In this document: piece by piece, positions 40,598-48,054 of the stretch
How the letters are laid out: every line of letters starts with the position of its first letter
How positions within the stretch are numbered: position 1 is the first letter of the stretch
Source: a virus
Taxonomy: Duplodnaviria > Caudoviricetes
Virus record (IMG/VR): IMGVR_UViG_3300016476_000342
Location: 1 to 49,509 of that record
Reading direction: 5' to 3' (one strand)
Length of the DNA: 49,509 nucleotides
Notes under the pieces: model-generated
The model's input: the letters and a program-made list of their open reading frames with translations, nothing else
The model's database searches: none
What the model was told of the DNA's origin: nothing
Made by a program: the position numbers and the translations under genes

Positions 40598-40626
40598 ATT
40601 ATACCACAACCAGTATTTTCTGTAAA
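40598..40626 (-). promoter_or_regulatory. Sigma70/early-type promoter
   Basis: TTTACA-N17-TATAAT with extended TG. Confidence 0.75.
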
Positions 40627-40640
40627 CAGTGGTGTATCTT

Positions 40641-40652
40641 TATTTATAAATA
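40641..40652. promoter_or_regulatory. Palindromic double late promoter TATTTATAAATA
   Basis: Perfect TATAAATA on + (40645-40652) and on - (40641-40648), between divergent genes. Confidence 0.7.
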
Positions 40653-40696
40653 AGAAAGTACCCTGCTGTGGGGTATAAAACAGAGAGGAAATCGAT

Positions 40697-41749
40697 ATGT
40701 ACAGAAAGCTAGCCACGGCTGTGCTTTTTGTTATGTCTACATCAATCGCAGTAGCACAGACTGCATATGACTCGAGAACGCTGGTTGACACTAATAATGT
40801 ATCTACCAGCACAAGCACGGTAACGAGTACCAACACAAACAATAACATAAACAATAACATTAATGCCACTACGGTGGAGAGTGTTTCGACCAGTACGAAC
40901 AATAATAACAACGTAAGTACTTCGACAAACACAAATACCAACATTAATACTGGTGACATGACGAATCGTAACATCAATACGAATACGTCAACTTCTACGT
41001 CATCAAATACTAATGTGAATCAGAACATTAATAGTGGAACTATGACTAACAACAATAACAACGTTGTTACGTCTACGTCGACAAACCAAAACAATAACGT
41101 AAACACCAGCACGTCTGTTAACACAAATAACAACGTGAACACTGGAGACATGACTAATAGAAATATCAATACGAGCACTTCTACTAGTTCTAATAACAAT
41201 AACAACGTCAACACTTCTACAAGCACTAACGTAAATCAAAACAACAACGTAAGTTCAAGTAGTAACGTGAACCAGAACATCCAATCTGGTGAAATGACAA
41301 ACAAGAACATCAACGACACCAACATAACTCAGAAGGTTATTCAACCTCCTCCAACAGCCATCGCTCCGTCGATGATGTCTGGTGGTAATTCTGATCTATG
41401 TACAACTGGTGTTTCTGGTGCAGTTCAAACACAGATCCTTGGTATCTCTACTGGTGGAACTATTAGAGACATGAACTGTGAAAGACTAAAACTTTCTAAG
41501 ACCTTGTTTGACATGGGTATGAAAGTGGCGGCAGTCGCAACTATGTGTCAAGATCGTAGAGTCTTTGATGCCATGTTAGCTGCAGGCACTCCATGCCCCT
41601 ACGAAGGTAAGATTGGTGATCAAGCCAAAAAAGCTTGGGATAGCAATCCGGATAGAGTTCCTGTTTTAGACGCACCAAAAGAAGATGAAACATTTAAGAA
41701 AATTAGCATTGGTGCTATCATCGGCGCTCTGCTTTTCATCCTATTCTAA
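40697..41749 (+). CDS. Exported Asn/Thr-rich repeat protein with a Cys-containing domain and C-terminal membrane anchor
   Basis: Signal peptide, about 190 aa of N/T/S/V repeats, four Cys, hydrophobic tail. Confidence 0.75.
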   Translation: MYRKLATAVLFVMSTSIAVAQTAYDSRTLVDTNNVSTSTSTVTSTNTNNNINNNINATTVESVSTSTNNNNNVSTSTNTNTNINTGDMTNRNINTNTSTSTSSNTNVNQNINSGTMTNNNNNVVTSTSTNQNNNVNTSTSVNTNNNVNTGDMTNRNINTSTSTSSNNNNNVNTSTSTNVNQNNNVSSSSNVNQNIQSGEMTNKNINDTNITQKVIQPPPTAIAPSMMSGGNSDLCTTGVSGAVQTQILGISTGGTIRDMNCERLKLSKTLFDMGMKVAAVATMCQDRRVFDAMLAAGTPCPYEGKIGDQAKKAWDSNPDRVPVLDAPKEDETFKKISIGAIIGALLFILF

Positions 41750-43580
41750 TGCACAGACAGTGACTGTTCCTGTGACTGATACTATTTCGGTCACAGTGAG
41801 TACAGCACCTGGTGGCTTGCAGGATTTGAAAAATAATCCTGCTGCTACTAATGTTACTATGCCTGATGATGCGAACGTTAACGTGCCTTTGGGTTTTAAC
41901 TTTCCATACTATGGACAGAACTTCAATAACTCTTGGATGCACTCCAACGGTGTCGTAAGCTTTCAGCCTCCAAGTATAACTGGTAACTTCTGCTGCAGTG
42001 GCGTTGACTTAACTAACAATACTAATCCTGCCTATAACTATAGCATCATGCCTTTATGGACTGATCTTATTGCTTATAGAGATGGAAGCCACTACATACT
42101 TGGAACAGAAACGAGTATGACATATGGTTGGTACGGGGTTAGTGAATATGGTAGAGATCAAAACAGAAGTTCATTTGAAGTAAAGATAGATAACACAGGA
42201 TTAGTCGACGTTAGATTTGCCGGCGCTATCATCAATGCGCATACAGTTACATCCGGTATGACTGGTGATTTATCAAAAGGTGAATACTATCAATACTATC
42301 ATGGAAACAACGTCAATTGGGGACCAACACAATGGACATCATATGGTGTAGACCAATGTGTTTCAAATCCTCTGTCTAGTCCAAATTGTTCTGGTTATGC
42401 TGAAGCGTACTTCACTCAGCAGTGTTCGATTAACCCACTTTATAACGTAGGATGCCCAGGTTATGAACAAGCGTATTTCAGCCAACAGTGTGGAAATAAT
42501 CCACTTTATAATTCTGCGTGTCCTGGATATGCGCAAGCCTATCTACAACAGCAGTGTTCCGGTAATCAACTCTATAGCAATCAATGCCCTGGATACCAGG
42601 AAGCGTATGCGAAGAAGCTAGCATCTGAGCTTCAAAAAGAAGAGACGACAGTAACCGTTCAGGTAACTACACCAACTTCTACTACGACCGCAACCGTTGA
42701 CTCTACTAGTACTTCAGGTCAGGTTACAGTTGATCTAGGTGGAGCTACAATCTCTACAACTGGTGAGATCAAGGTTGCAGATGGCGTTCCTGAAGTAGTT
42801 AAAGAAACACAAACACAGGCTACAACTGCAGTTTCACAGGAACAAGAGAAGCGTATAGTTACGTTGAATCCAAGTGCGTTTGCTATTGCTAGAAGAGCTG
42901 TAGCAGAAGCCCAAGCAATTGCAATGAGCGTTGTTGCTGAGTCTATAAATCAATCGTTGTCAGAATCTGCAAATCCATCTGATGGAATGGGTATACCATC
43001 GTCTGATTTTACCGGCACTGGAATTAAACTGCATTCTGTAACTATAGAGCAAGTCGTTGATGGTAAATCTGAACAAACTCAAGTTATAGCCTATGTGCCT
43101 CCAGCACTGTCAATTTATAGACAAGAACAAACTCAATCGTACACTATTCAACAACAGGACACTGGTTACTCTAACTTTACTACTAACTCTTCTTTTGTAC
43201 AACAGGAAGAAACTCCAGTAATTCAGTTTAAACCTATTCAACAAGAAGAGCCAAAAGTACTTACATCTAATGTAGAACGATTAGATGATAGAACTCCAAT
43301 GCCTATGATGGTTGAAGAACAAAATCAGGATGTAGGTTCTACTGTCAAGTCAAAGGCTGACAACAATGAACTTGCAGGTGGAGTGGATATTAGAAATGTC
43401 GCTACTTTACCAGTAGGATATGACAAGTACTTATCAGCTTCAATAAAGGATAACTCTTTCTATAAGCCTGAACAGATCTATAGAAATCAAAAGACTGTGG
43501 ACAACGAAAGAGTGTTAAGACAGCTTAATGGTAGAAGTGACATTATTCATAACAACATGGTAGAACAACAGTATAGATGA
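41685..43580 (+). CDS. Exported protein with NIDO-like domain and 22-aa Cys repeats
   Basis: Signal peptide; DD....V.LGF.FPYYG......SNG..SF...I.PLWTDL; four C..NPLY...CPGY..AY repeats. Confidence 0.72.
   Translation: MKHLRKLALVLSSALCFSSYSNAQTVTVPVTDTISVTVSTAPGGLQDLKNNPAATNVTMPDDANVNVPLGFNFPYYGQNFNNSWMHSNGVVSFQPPSITGNFCCSGVDLTNNTNPAYNYSIMPLWTDLIAYRDGSHYILGTETSMTYGWYGVSEYGRDQNRSSFEVKIDNTGLVDVRFAGAIINAHTVTSGMTGDLSKGEYYQYYHGNNVNWGPTQWTSYGVDQCVSNPLSSPNCSGYAEAYFTQQCSINPLYNVGCPGYEQAYFSQQCGNNPLYNSACPGYAQAYLQQQCSGNQLYSNQCPGYQEAYAKKLASELQKEETTVTVQVTTPTSTTTATVDSTSTSGQVTVDLGGATISTTGEIKVADGVPEVVKETQTQATTAVSQEQEKRIVTLNPSAFAIARRAVAEAQAIAMSVVAESINQSLSESANPSDGMGIPSSDFTGTGIKLHSVTIEQVVDGKSEQTQVIAYVPPALSIYRQEQTQSYTIQQQDTGYSNFTTNSSFVQQEETPVIQFKPIQQEEPKVLTSNVERLDDRTPMPMMVEEQNQDVGSTVKSKADNNELAGGVDIRNVATLPVGYDKYLSASIKDNSFYKPEQIYRNQKTVDNERVLRQLNGRSDIIHNNMVEQQYR
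42351..42608 (+). repeat. Four tandem 66-bp coding repeats
   Basis: QCVSNPLSSPNCSGYAEAY / QCSINPLYNVGCPGYEQAY / QCGNNPLYNSACPGYAQAY / QCSGNQLYSNQCPGYQEAY. Confidence 0.85.
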
Positions 43581-43590
43581 AGGAGACAAT

Positions 43591-44109
43591 ATGAGCGAAG
43601 AAAAGAAGCCTCTTAGTAGAAGCGAAAGAGAAGCCAAAATTAAAGACAAAGCTGGATGGGTCATTACTGTCCTTGCTGCTCTGCTGGCCGTTAATACTCT
43701 TATTGGTGGTTCAAATAGTTCTAAGGTTTTGAACAACACCATCGCGGCAAATAATCAATGGGCTTGGTATCAGGCAAAGAATGTACGACAGGTGTTGTAC
43801 GAAACTGCAGCTTTACAAGCTAAGCCAGAACACAGAGAAAAGCTTCAAGCAGAAGCTGAGAGAATGGCAGCGGATAAGAAAGAAATCGCAGCCAACGCTA
43901 AGAAATTAGAAGATGAAAGAGAAGTAGCAAAGAAGCGTAGCCCTTGGTTTACCTACTCTGGATCATTGTTCCAGATCGCTATCGTTCTTCTATCTGCAAG
44001 TATTCTTGCAGTAAGTATGCCTTTATTCTGGGCAAGTATCGCAGTAGGTTCAGTTGCTAGTTTAACTATGTCTCAAGCGCTTTGGTTATGGGTACCACTT
44101 ATAATCTAA
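43591..44109 (+). CDS. Membrane protein, DUF4337-like
   Basis: TM, then QWAWYQAK, coiled coil, then FQIAIVL.S.S double TM. Confidence 0.7.
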   Translation: MSEEKKPLSRSEREAKIKDKAGWVITVLAALLAVNTLIGGSNSSKVLNNTIAANNQWAWYQAKNVRQVLYETAALQAKPEHREKLQAEAERMAADKKEIAANAKKLEDEREVAKKRSPWFTYSGSLFQIAIVLLSASILAVSMPLFWASIAVGSVASLTMSQALWLWVPLII

Positions 44110-44118
44110 GGAAACAAA

Positions 44119-44712
44119 ATGTCAATTATAGAAAACACACCAAAGAAAGAGGCTTATGAGCTTAGCGTTGCTGGCTTTAAGTTAAAGTTAAACAATACAA
44201 TGATAGCTATGGCTATCCCAATCATGTCCGCCGTTGGTGGTGGTATGTGGGGTGCCTTTGAGTTCTATCAGGACTATATGGATATGAAGGCAAAGATCAA
44301 GAAGTACGTTGCTCCTGATCTTTCTGAATTTGATAAGCGCTTAGCTGTTATTGAGCAGAATCAAGATAAGACTGCAAAGACTCTTGAAGAATCTGCTAAC
44401 AAGACAGCGGACTATACACGCGATATTAAGAACGACCTAAAGAACGACATTCGTCGTTTAGAAGGCGTTGTAGAGAACGTTGAGCGTGGCACAAAGCAAA
44501 GCCAACGTGAAACAGACAACGCAGTCAAGGAAGTTAGAGCAGAAGTTAGAAGCACTTCAAAGGAAATTGAAGCTGCTAATAAAGCTCAGGATCGTGAAAT
44601 CAATTCTAGAATGCAATCACTTGAAAAGTCAGTTGATAGCAAGATGAATTCACTGAAGAGAGACGTGGATGATAAGATAAAGAAAGCGATGGATAATCCA
44701 CTATCCAATTAA
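44119..44712 (+). CDS. Membrane-anchored coiled-coil protein
   Basis: One TM then long heptad repeats ending DNPL. Confidence 0.7.
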   Translation: MSIIENTPKKEAYELSVAGFKLKLNNTMIAMAIPIMSAVGGGMWGAFEFYQDYMDMKAKIKKYVAPDLSEFDKRLAVIEQNQDKTAKTLEESANKTADYTRDIKNDLKNDIRRLEGVVENVERGTKQSQRETDNAVKEVRAEVRSTSKEIEAANKAQDREINSRMQSLEKSVDSKMNSLKRDVDDKIKKAMDNPLSN

Positions 44713-44740
44713 AACAAAGGGACCGAAAGGTCCCTTTTCT
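44711..44740. terminator. Bidirectional intrinsic terminator
   Basis: AAAACAAAGGGACC-GAAA-GGTCCCTTTTCT between convergent genes. Confidence 0.88.
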
Positions 44741-44741
44741 A

Positions 44742-45164
44742 TTAGAACTTAGCCGTTAGACCAACACTAACATTTGTACCATTGAAGTTATCAATGCGTT
44801 CCTGACCAAAGAAGCGATTAACACCACCGACAAGATCAAGGTTCTTAGTCAAAGGATAAGTGGCCTTAGCACCAACGCTAACACCAAACCCATTGCGACC
44901 AACTTGGCTGTCCTGGTAAACACCGGCAACACCGGCAGTCACAGCAACTGGGCCGACCTTAGTAACGCTGAAGTCCTTACCAACTGCAAAGCGGTTGTAA
45001 GCATCTTCAACTTTGGTTGCGCTCAGTGCATAACCACCAACGCTCGTTCCGACTGTAACACCATTCTTATCCAGTTTGGTATCACGGGTTGACGAAACGG
45101 TTACATCGCTAGCAAAAGCAGCGGTAGTAATAGCGAGCATGGTTGCAATAACAATCTTCTTCAT
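44742..45164 (-). CDS. Small outer-membrane beta-barrel protein
   Basis: Signal peptide (AFA), alternating amphipathic strands, C-terminal VGLTAKF. Confidence 0.72.
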   Translation of the reverse strand: MKKIVIATMLAITTAAFASDVTVSSTRDTKLDKNGVTVGTSVGGYALSATKVEDAYNRFAVGKDFSVTKVGPVAVTAGVAGVYQDSQVGRNGFGVSVGAKATYPLTKNLDLVGGVNRFFGQERIDNFNGTNVSVGLTAKF

Positions 45165-45186
45165 ATTTTCTCCATTAGTTAAACAA

Positions 45187-45512
45187 ATTGGTAGGTTATT
45201 CTGTTACGAGGAAACCTACCGAAACCCTAGCAGCCTTAATTAGGCTGCAATGCGATAACTTTCGTCATTTGCATTTACTTTGATTTGCTTGATTTACGGT
45301 CATCGCCTACCGAGCAGCTTCGAAAGTTACTTTACAGTCAATCGATACCTAATTCACCCCCAACTAAGCACACATAAGCAGATATTACTTCACTACTATC
45401 ATCTGTACCATCGCAATATTTCAAGTGACAAGCGATGTATGTGCTTAGGTGGAGGTGTCGGGGTTCGAACCCGAGTCTTGCCCAGATTTCTCAATCTCCG
45501 TTTACTGCCATT
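45187..45512 (-). ncRNA. ssrA: Circularly permuted two-piece tmRNA (outer ends approximate)
   Basis: Acceptor piece first: GAC-TCGGG-TTCGAAC-CCCGA-CACCTCC-A (45477-45450). Then an intervening hairpin. Coding piece starts GGGGGTG at 45361 and pairs with CACCTCC, including G3:U70. Tag ANDESYRIAA-stop at 45272-45240. Confidence 0.93.
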
Positions 45513-46120
45513 AAACGACCCTTAACTAATTTCTCAATCATAGGATCAGATTCTTTCAGATAGAAGTTTTTACTTCCATCGTTATACCAATGACGCCCAT
45601 ATGCATTATTGGTTTTGTTCTTTCTTCTATCTTTCCACTCAGTGGTAGTTATCCATCCAACTGGAACATCTCTAAACTTTTTTCTATTACTTAGATCACT
45701 AGCATTTTCTTCGACACACCATTTAGAACCAGCTTGAGAATTTTTATCTCCTTGTTGGTGCTTTCTTTCCGCCATCGTCTTCTTCTTTTTTGCAATTGCT
45801 TCTGGCGTATTTGCTAATGACGAAACTTGTTTTCTGAATTCTTCATTTATAGAAAAGTTACCCCAAGTTTTAACTCCAGAAAATGGATTCCCATGTTTCT
45901 CGATTCTTGCCTTGCCTGCTTCTGATTGAATTCTTTTTACAAGTTCTTCTTTAGATATGAGACCAGCTAATCCCTGCCAAGCCACATAATCTTGCCAATG
46001 TCCATGTTCTTCAAACAGTTTTCGATGCGCTTCAGCGTGATCTTCAACTGTTAGTTCTATCAAATTTTCTGGATCGTCTGTGCCACCCATATGCCGTGGA
46101 ACGATGTGGTGTTTATGCAT
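45491..46120 (-). CDS. Free-standing HNH homing endonuclease (Mob-like)
   Basis: HHIVPRHMGGTDD.ENL..LT...H..AH; C-terminal WYNDG-type DNA-binding repeats. Confidence 0.88.
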   Translation of the reverse strand: MHKHHIVPRHMGGTDDPENLIELTVEDHAEAHRKLFEEHGHWQDYVAWQGLAGLISKEELVKRIQSEAGKARIEKHGNPFSGVKTWGNFSINEEFRKQVSSLANTPEAIAKKKKTMAERKHQQGDKNSQAGSKWCVEENASDLSNRKKFRDVPVGWITTTEWKDRRKNKTNNAYGRHWYNDGSKNFYLKESDPMIEKLVKGRLMAVNGD

Positions 46121-46140
46121 AATTCTCTCCTGTTATTTTT

Positions 46141-46148
46141 TATTTATA
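46141..46148 (-). promoter_or_regulatory. Late promoter TATAAATA
   Basis: Perfect match upstream of the HNH RBS AGGAG. Confidence 0.75.
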
Positions 46149-46162
46149 ACATTCGAGTTTTT

Positions 46163-46213
46163 GAGTCGAACTCCCGTCCAAGACCTGTTTCACTTCACTT
46201 CATACAGCAATAA
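46163..46213 (-). pseudogene. Truncated tmRNA acceptor-piece relic A
   Basis: TTATTGCTGTATGAAG...GGAC-GGGAG-TTCGACT-C; the rest of the 3' T-stem and the acceptor strand are missing. Confidence 0.78.
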
Positions 46214-46216
46214 CTC

Positions 46217-46477
46217 TTATTTATTCACTCTCAATAATTCTTTGATTAGATTCTTTTTATCTTCTGTGGTCATACCAAATTCAAAACGCTCTCGTATGTC
46301 ACTGACACAATGTAATCTACCAGTATTATAGTCGCTGTTGCCTACACGACTCTTACAAACATTAATACATTCTTCTACAATCAATTCGGCGAATTTTTCT
46401 TTACTAAAGATTAACTCACCGTCATATTCAACAAGACTTTGTGCGGCAAACTTTTCTAACATTGGTATCTTTTTCAT
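46217..46477 (-). CDS. Hypothetical protein
   Basis: EKFAELIV.EC motif common in small phage proteins. Confidence 0.6.
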   Translation of the reverse strand: MKKIPMLEKFAAQSLVEYDGELIFSKEKFAELIVEECINVCKSRVGNSDYNTGRLHCVSDIRERFEFGMTTEDKKNLIKELLRVNK

Positions 46478-46665
46478 TCTGTTTCCTTGAACAATGGTAC
46501 ACCGTCAGTTAAATGGCGGACATATTCCAAGTTGGTTGGAAATATGTCAAGTGTGCCTCTATGTCGCATAATGCTCACTGTATGTGGTTCTGGCCGTTCC
46601 AGGCCATAGAAAAACATTTCTGTAGCACCTTGATCTATTTGTGATTTAAAATATTCGTTATACAT
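46474..46665 (-). CDS. Hypothetical protein
   Basis: Translationally coupled within a cassette. Confidence 0.5.
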   Translation of the reverse strand: MYNEYFKSQIDQGATEMFFYGLERPEPHTVSIMRHRGTLDIFPTNLEYVRHLTDGVPLFKETE

Positions 46666-46935
46666 TTACCATTCTCCTTCTGATGATTTCATCAGGTAAG
46701 CATACACTGCCGAAGGTGCCACGCTGTAAATCTGTTCAGGTGTGTCCCCGCAAAACGCTTTGTTTGGGCTGTTCCACCACTGGTTAACCAAATCTCGTCC
46801 CACCATTGCCGTAATCAATGCTTCACATCTGGCTCGCATGTTTTCTTTCGAAATAGGAAAGTCTACAGGGTTTGTAGTATTTGAACGGTGTGCTGTCATA
46901 TTTTCTATTTCTCGGTTTACATCACTATCACGCAT
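46666..46935 (-). CDS. Hypothetical protein, possible MbcA/ParS-like antitoxin C-terminal motif
   Basis: WW.SPN.AF.G.TP resembles the W...PN.ALGG..P motif. Confidence 0.5.
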   Translation of the reverse strand: MRDSDVNREIENMTAHRSNTTNPVDFPISKENMRARCEALITAMVGRDLVNQWWNSPNKAFCGDTPEQIYSVAPSAVYAYLMKSSEGEW

Positions 46936-47258
46936 TATACATTGTTCCTTCCGATACGACTATAACCCAACTTTGATTTAATCTCTTTACGGTCTCTGTT
47001 CTTCTCTGGCTTCCACGCCCTCGGGTCAACTGTTTCGCCAGTAAGCACATAACGAAAGTCTGGATCATAGACCATGTAGCCTAACTTGTTCCATTTGATT
47101 TCTCTGCGGTCAAAGAGAAATATACACCCGCGACACATACAAAAACTGGCACCATTGTCACTCATTACATTGCCGTTGACTGTGCCCACATACTTAACAA
47201 CATTGCCTTTGTGCATTTCTCTAACGGCTTCGTGATAGTCAATCATTTTTTTTTTCAC
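46935..47258 (-). CDS. Hypothetical protein (start may be ATG 47246)
   Basis: ORF coupled to the downstream gene. Confidence 0.55.
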   Translation of the reverse strand: MKKKMIDYHEAVREMHKGNVVKYVGTVNGNVMSDNGASFCMCRGCIFLFDRREIKWNKLGYMVYDPDFRYVLTGETVDPRAWKPEKNRDRKEIKSKLGYSRIGRNNV

Positions 47259-47317
47259 TTTAGGATTTTATTAAGGAAAGGGTAAGACACATGGTGGTTT
47301 CATGGTAAAACAGGCTT

Positions 47318-47367
47318 AGTCGAACCCGCGTCCAGAACACTTTTCTCTTTGCTTCATACAGCAATAA
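47318..47367 (-). pseudogene. Truncated tmRNA acceptor-piece relic B
   Basis: TTATTGCTGTATGAAG...GGAC-GCGGG-TTCGACT; 40/50 identical to relic A without gaps. Confidence 0.78.
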
Positions 47368-48018
47368 TCAATAACCCTTCACTCTACGAAACTTTTCACG
47401 AAGCTCCATAAACTGATTGATCCAGGTATCACGTTTTTCAACAAACACAGCACAGTCTTCGTCATCAATACCCATGATGATCACTAGTCTTGAAACAGGA
47501 ACTCCTGTACGTTCTTCAAACGCAACAGCATATGATGCGGTCTGAATAAAATAACCAGGAATGTCTTCCTTGGATTTAAGACGTCGAGATGTTTTGAAAT
47601 CAATGACTGACAACTTGCCTTCATACTCCGCGATACAATCCACTGTTCCAGCTACTTGAAGATAGTCAGAATAGAGTTTTGTTTCCAGTGCATGTATATT
47701 GTCTATTTTATCAAGGTGAGGAATTAAAGTACCAAAAACTTGTTGATCAAACATACCAACTTTAATGTCTTCGCCTTTAAGGTAACCTTCACAAAGACTA
47801 TGAATCTCAGTACCGCGACGAGATGCACGAGCTGCGACACGATTGGCTTCTTCCTCACCAACACGCTTGCGCCACTCGAAGAAATCAGACTTATCCATCA
47901 TGCCTAGAACAGACGTGACGGACGGGTACTTCATACCAGTAGGAGTTTCATACACACGACCATTCGGGCTATCAACACGTTTGATCGTGGGTATGTCGTG
48001 ATTAATAAACGTTTTCAT
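47368..48018 (-). CDS. PD-(D/E)XK exonuclease
   Basis: YPSVT.VL, RGT.IH...E, AG.VDC, IDFKTS, Q...YA....E. Confidence 0.88.
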   Translation of the reverse strand: MKTFINHDIPTIKRVDSPNGRVYETPTGMKYPSVTSVLGMMDKSDFFEWRKRVGEEEANRVAARASRRGTEIHSLCEGYLKGEDIKVGMFDQQVFGTLIPHLDKIDNIHALETKLYSDYLQVAGTVDCIAEYEGKLSVIDFKTSRRLKSKEDIPGYFIQTASYAVAFEERTGVPVSRLVIIMGIDDEDCAVFVEKRDTWINQFMELREKFRRVKGY

Positions 48019-48024
48019 AGTATA

Positions 48025-48053
48025 ATTATATCACATCACTGATTTTTAGTACA
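48025..48053 (-). promoter_or_regulatory. Sigma70/early-type promoter
   Basis: TGTACT-N17-TATAAT with extended TG. Confidence 0.65.
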
Positions 48054-48054
48054 A

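Noticed and set aside
40780-42608. CRISPR-like array
   Set aside because: Repeats are degenerate, in frame and protein-coding; the PD-(D/E)XK nuclease at 47368 has no cas context
45447-45480. Stand-alone tRNA gene
   Set aside because: Only the T-arm and acceptor 3' strand are present, with no anticodon arm; explained by the permuted tmRNA
45280-45525. 81-aa plus-strand ORF
   Set aside because: Antisense to the tmRNA, TTG start, no recognisable motif
47246-47255. A10 tract as a phase-variation switch
   Set aside because: An in-frame ATG at 47246 lies at the end of the tract, so slippage need not disrupt the gene
47292-47297. CCACCA downstream of relic B as its 3' end
   Set aside because: Spacing is too long and the intervening sequence cannot form the T-stem or acceptor strand
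45463-47324. Group I intron in the tmRNA T-loop carrying the HNH gene
   Set aside because: There is no room for a catalytic core, since ORFs start 45-70 nt after each break. No orphan 3' exon (CTCCC or CCCGC) is present, and the downstream copy is already complete.
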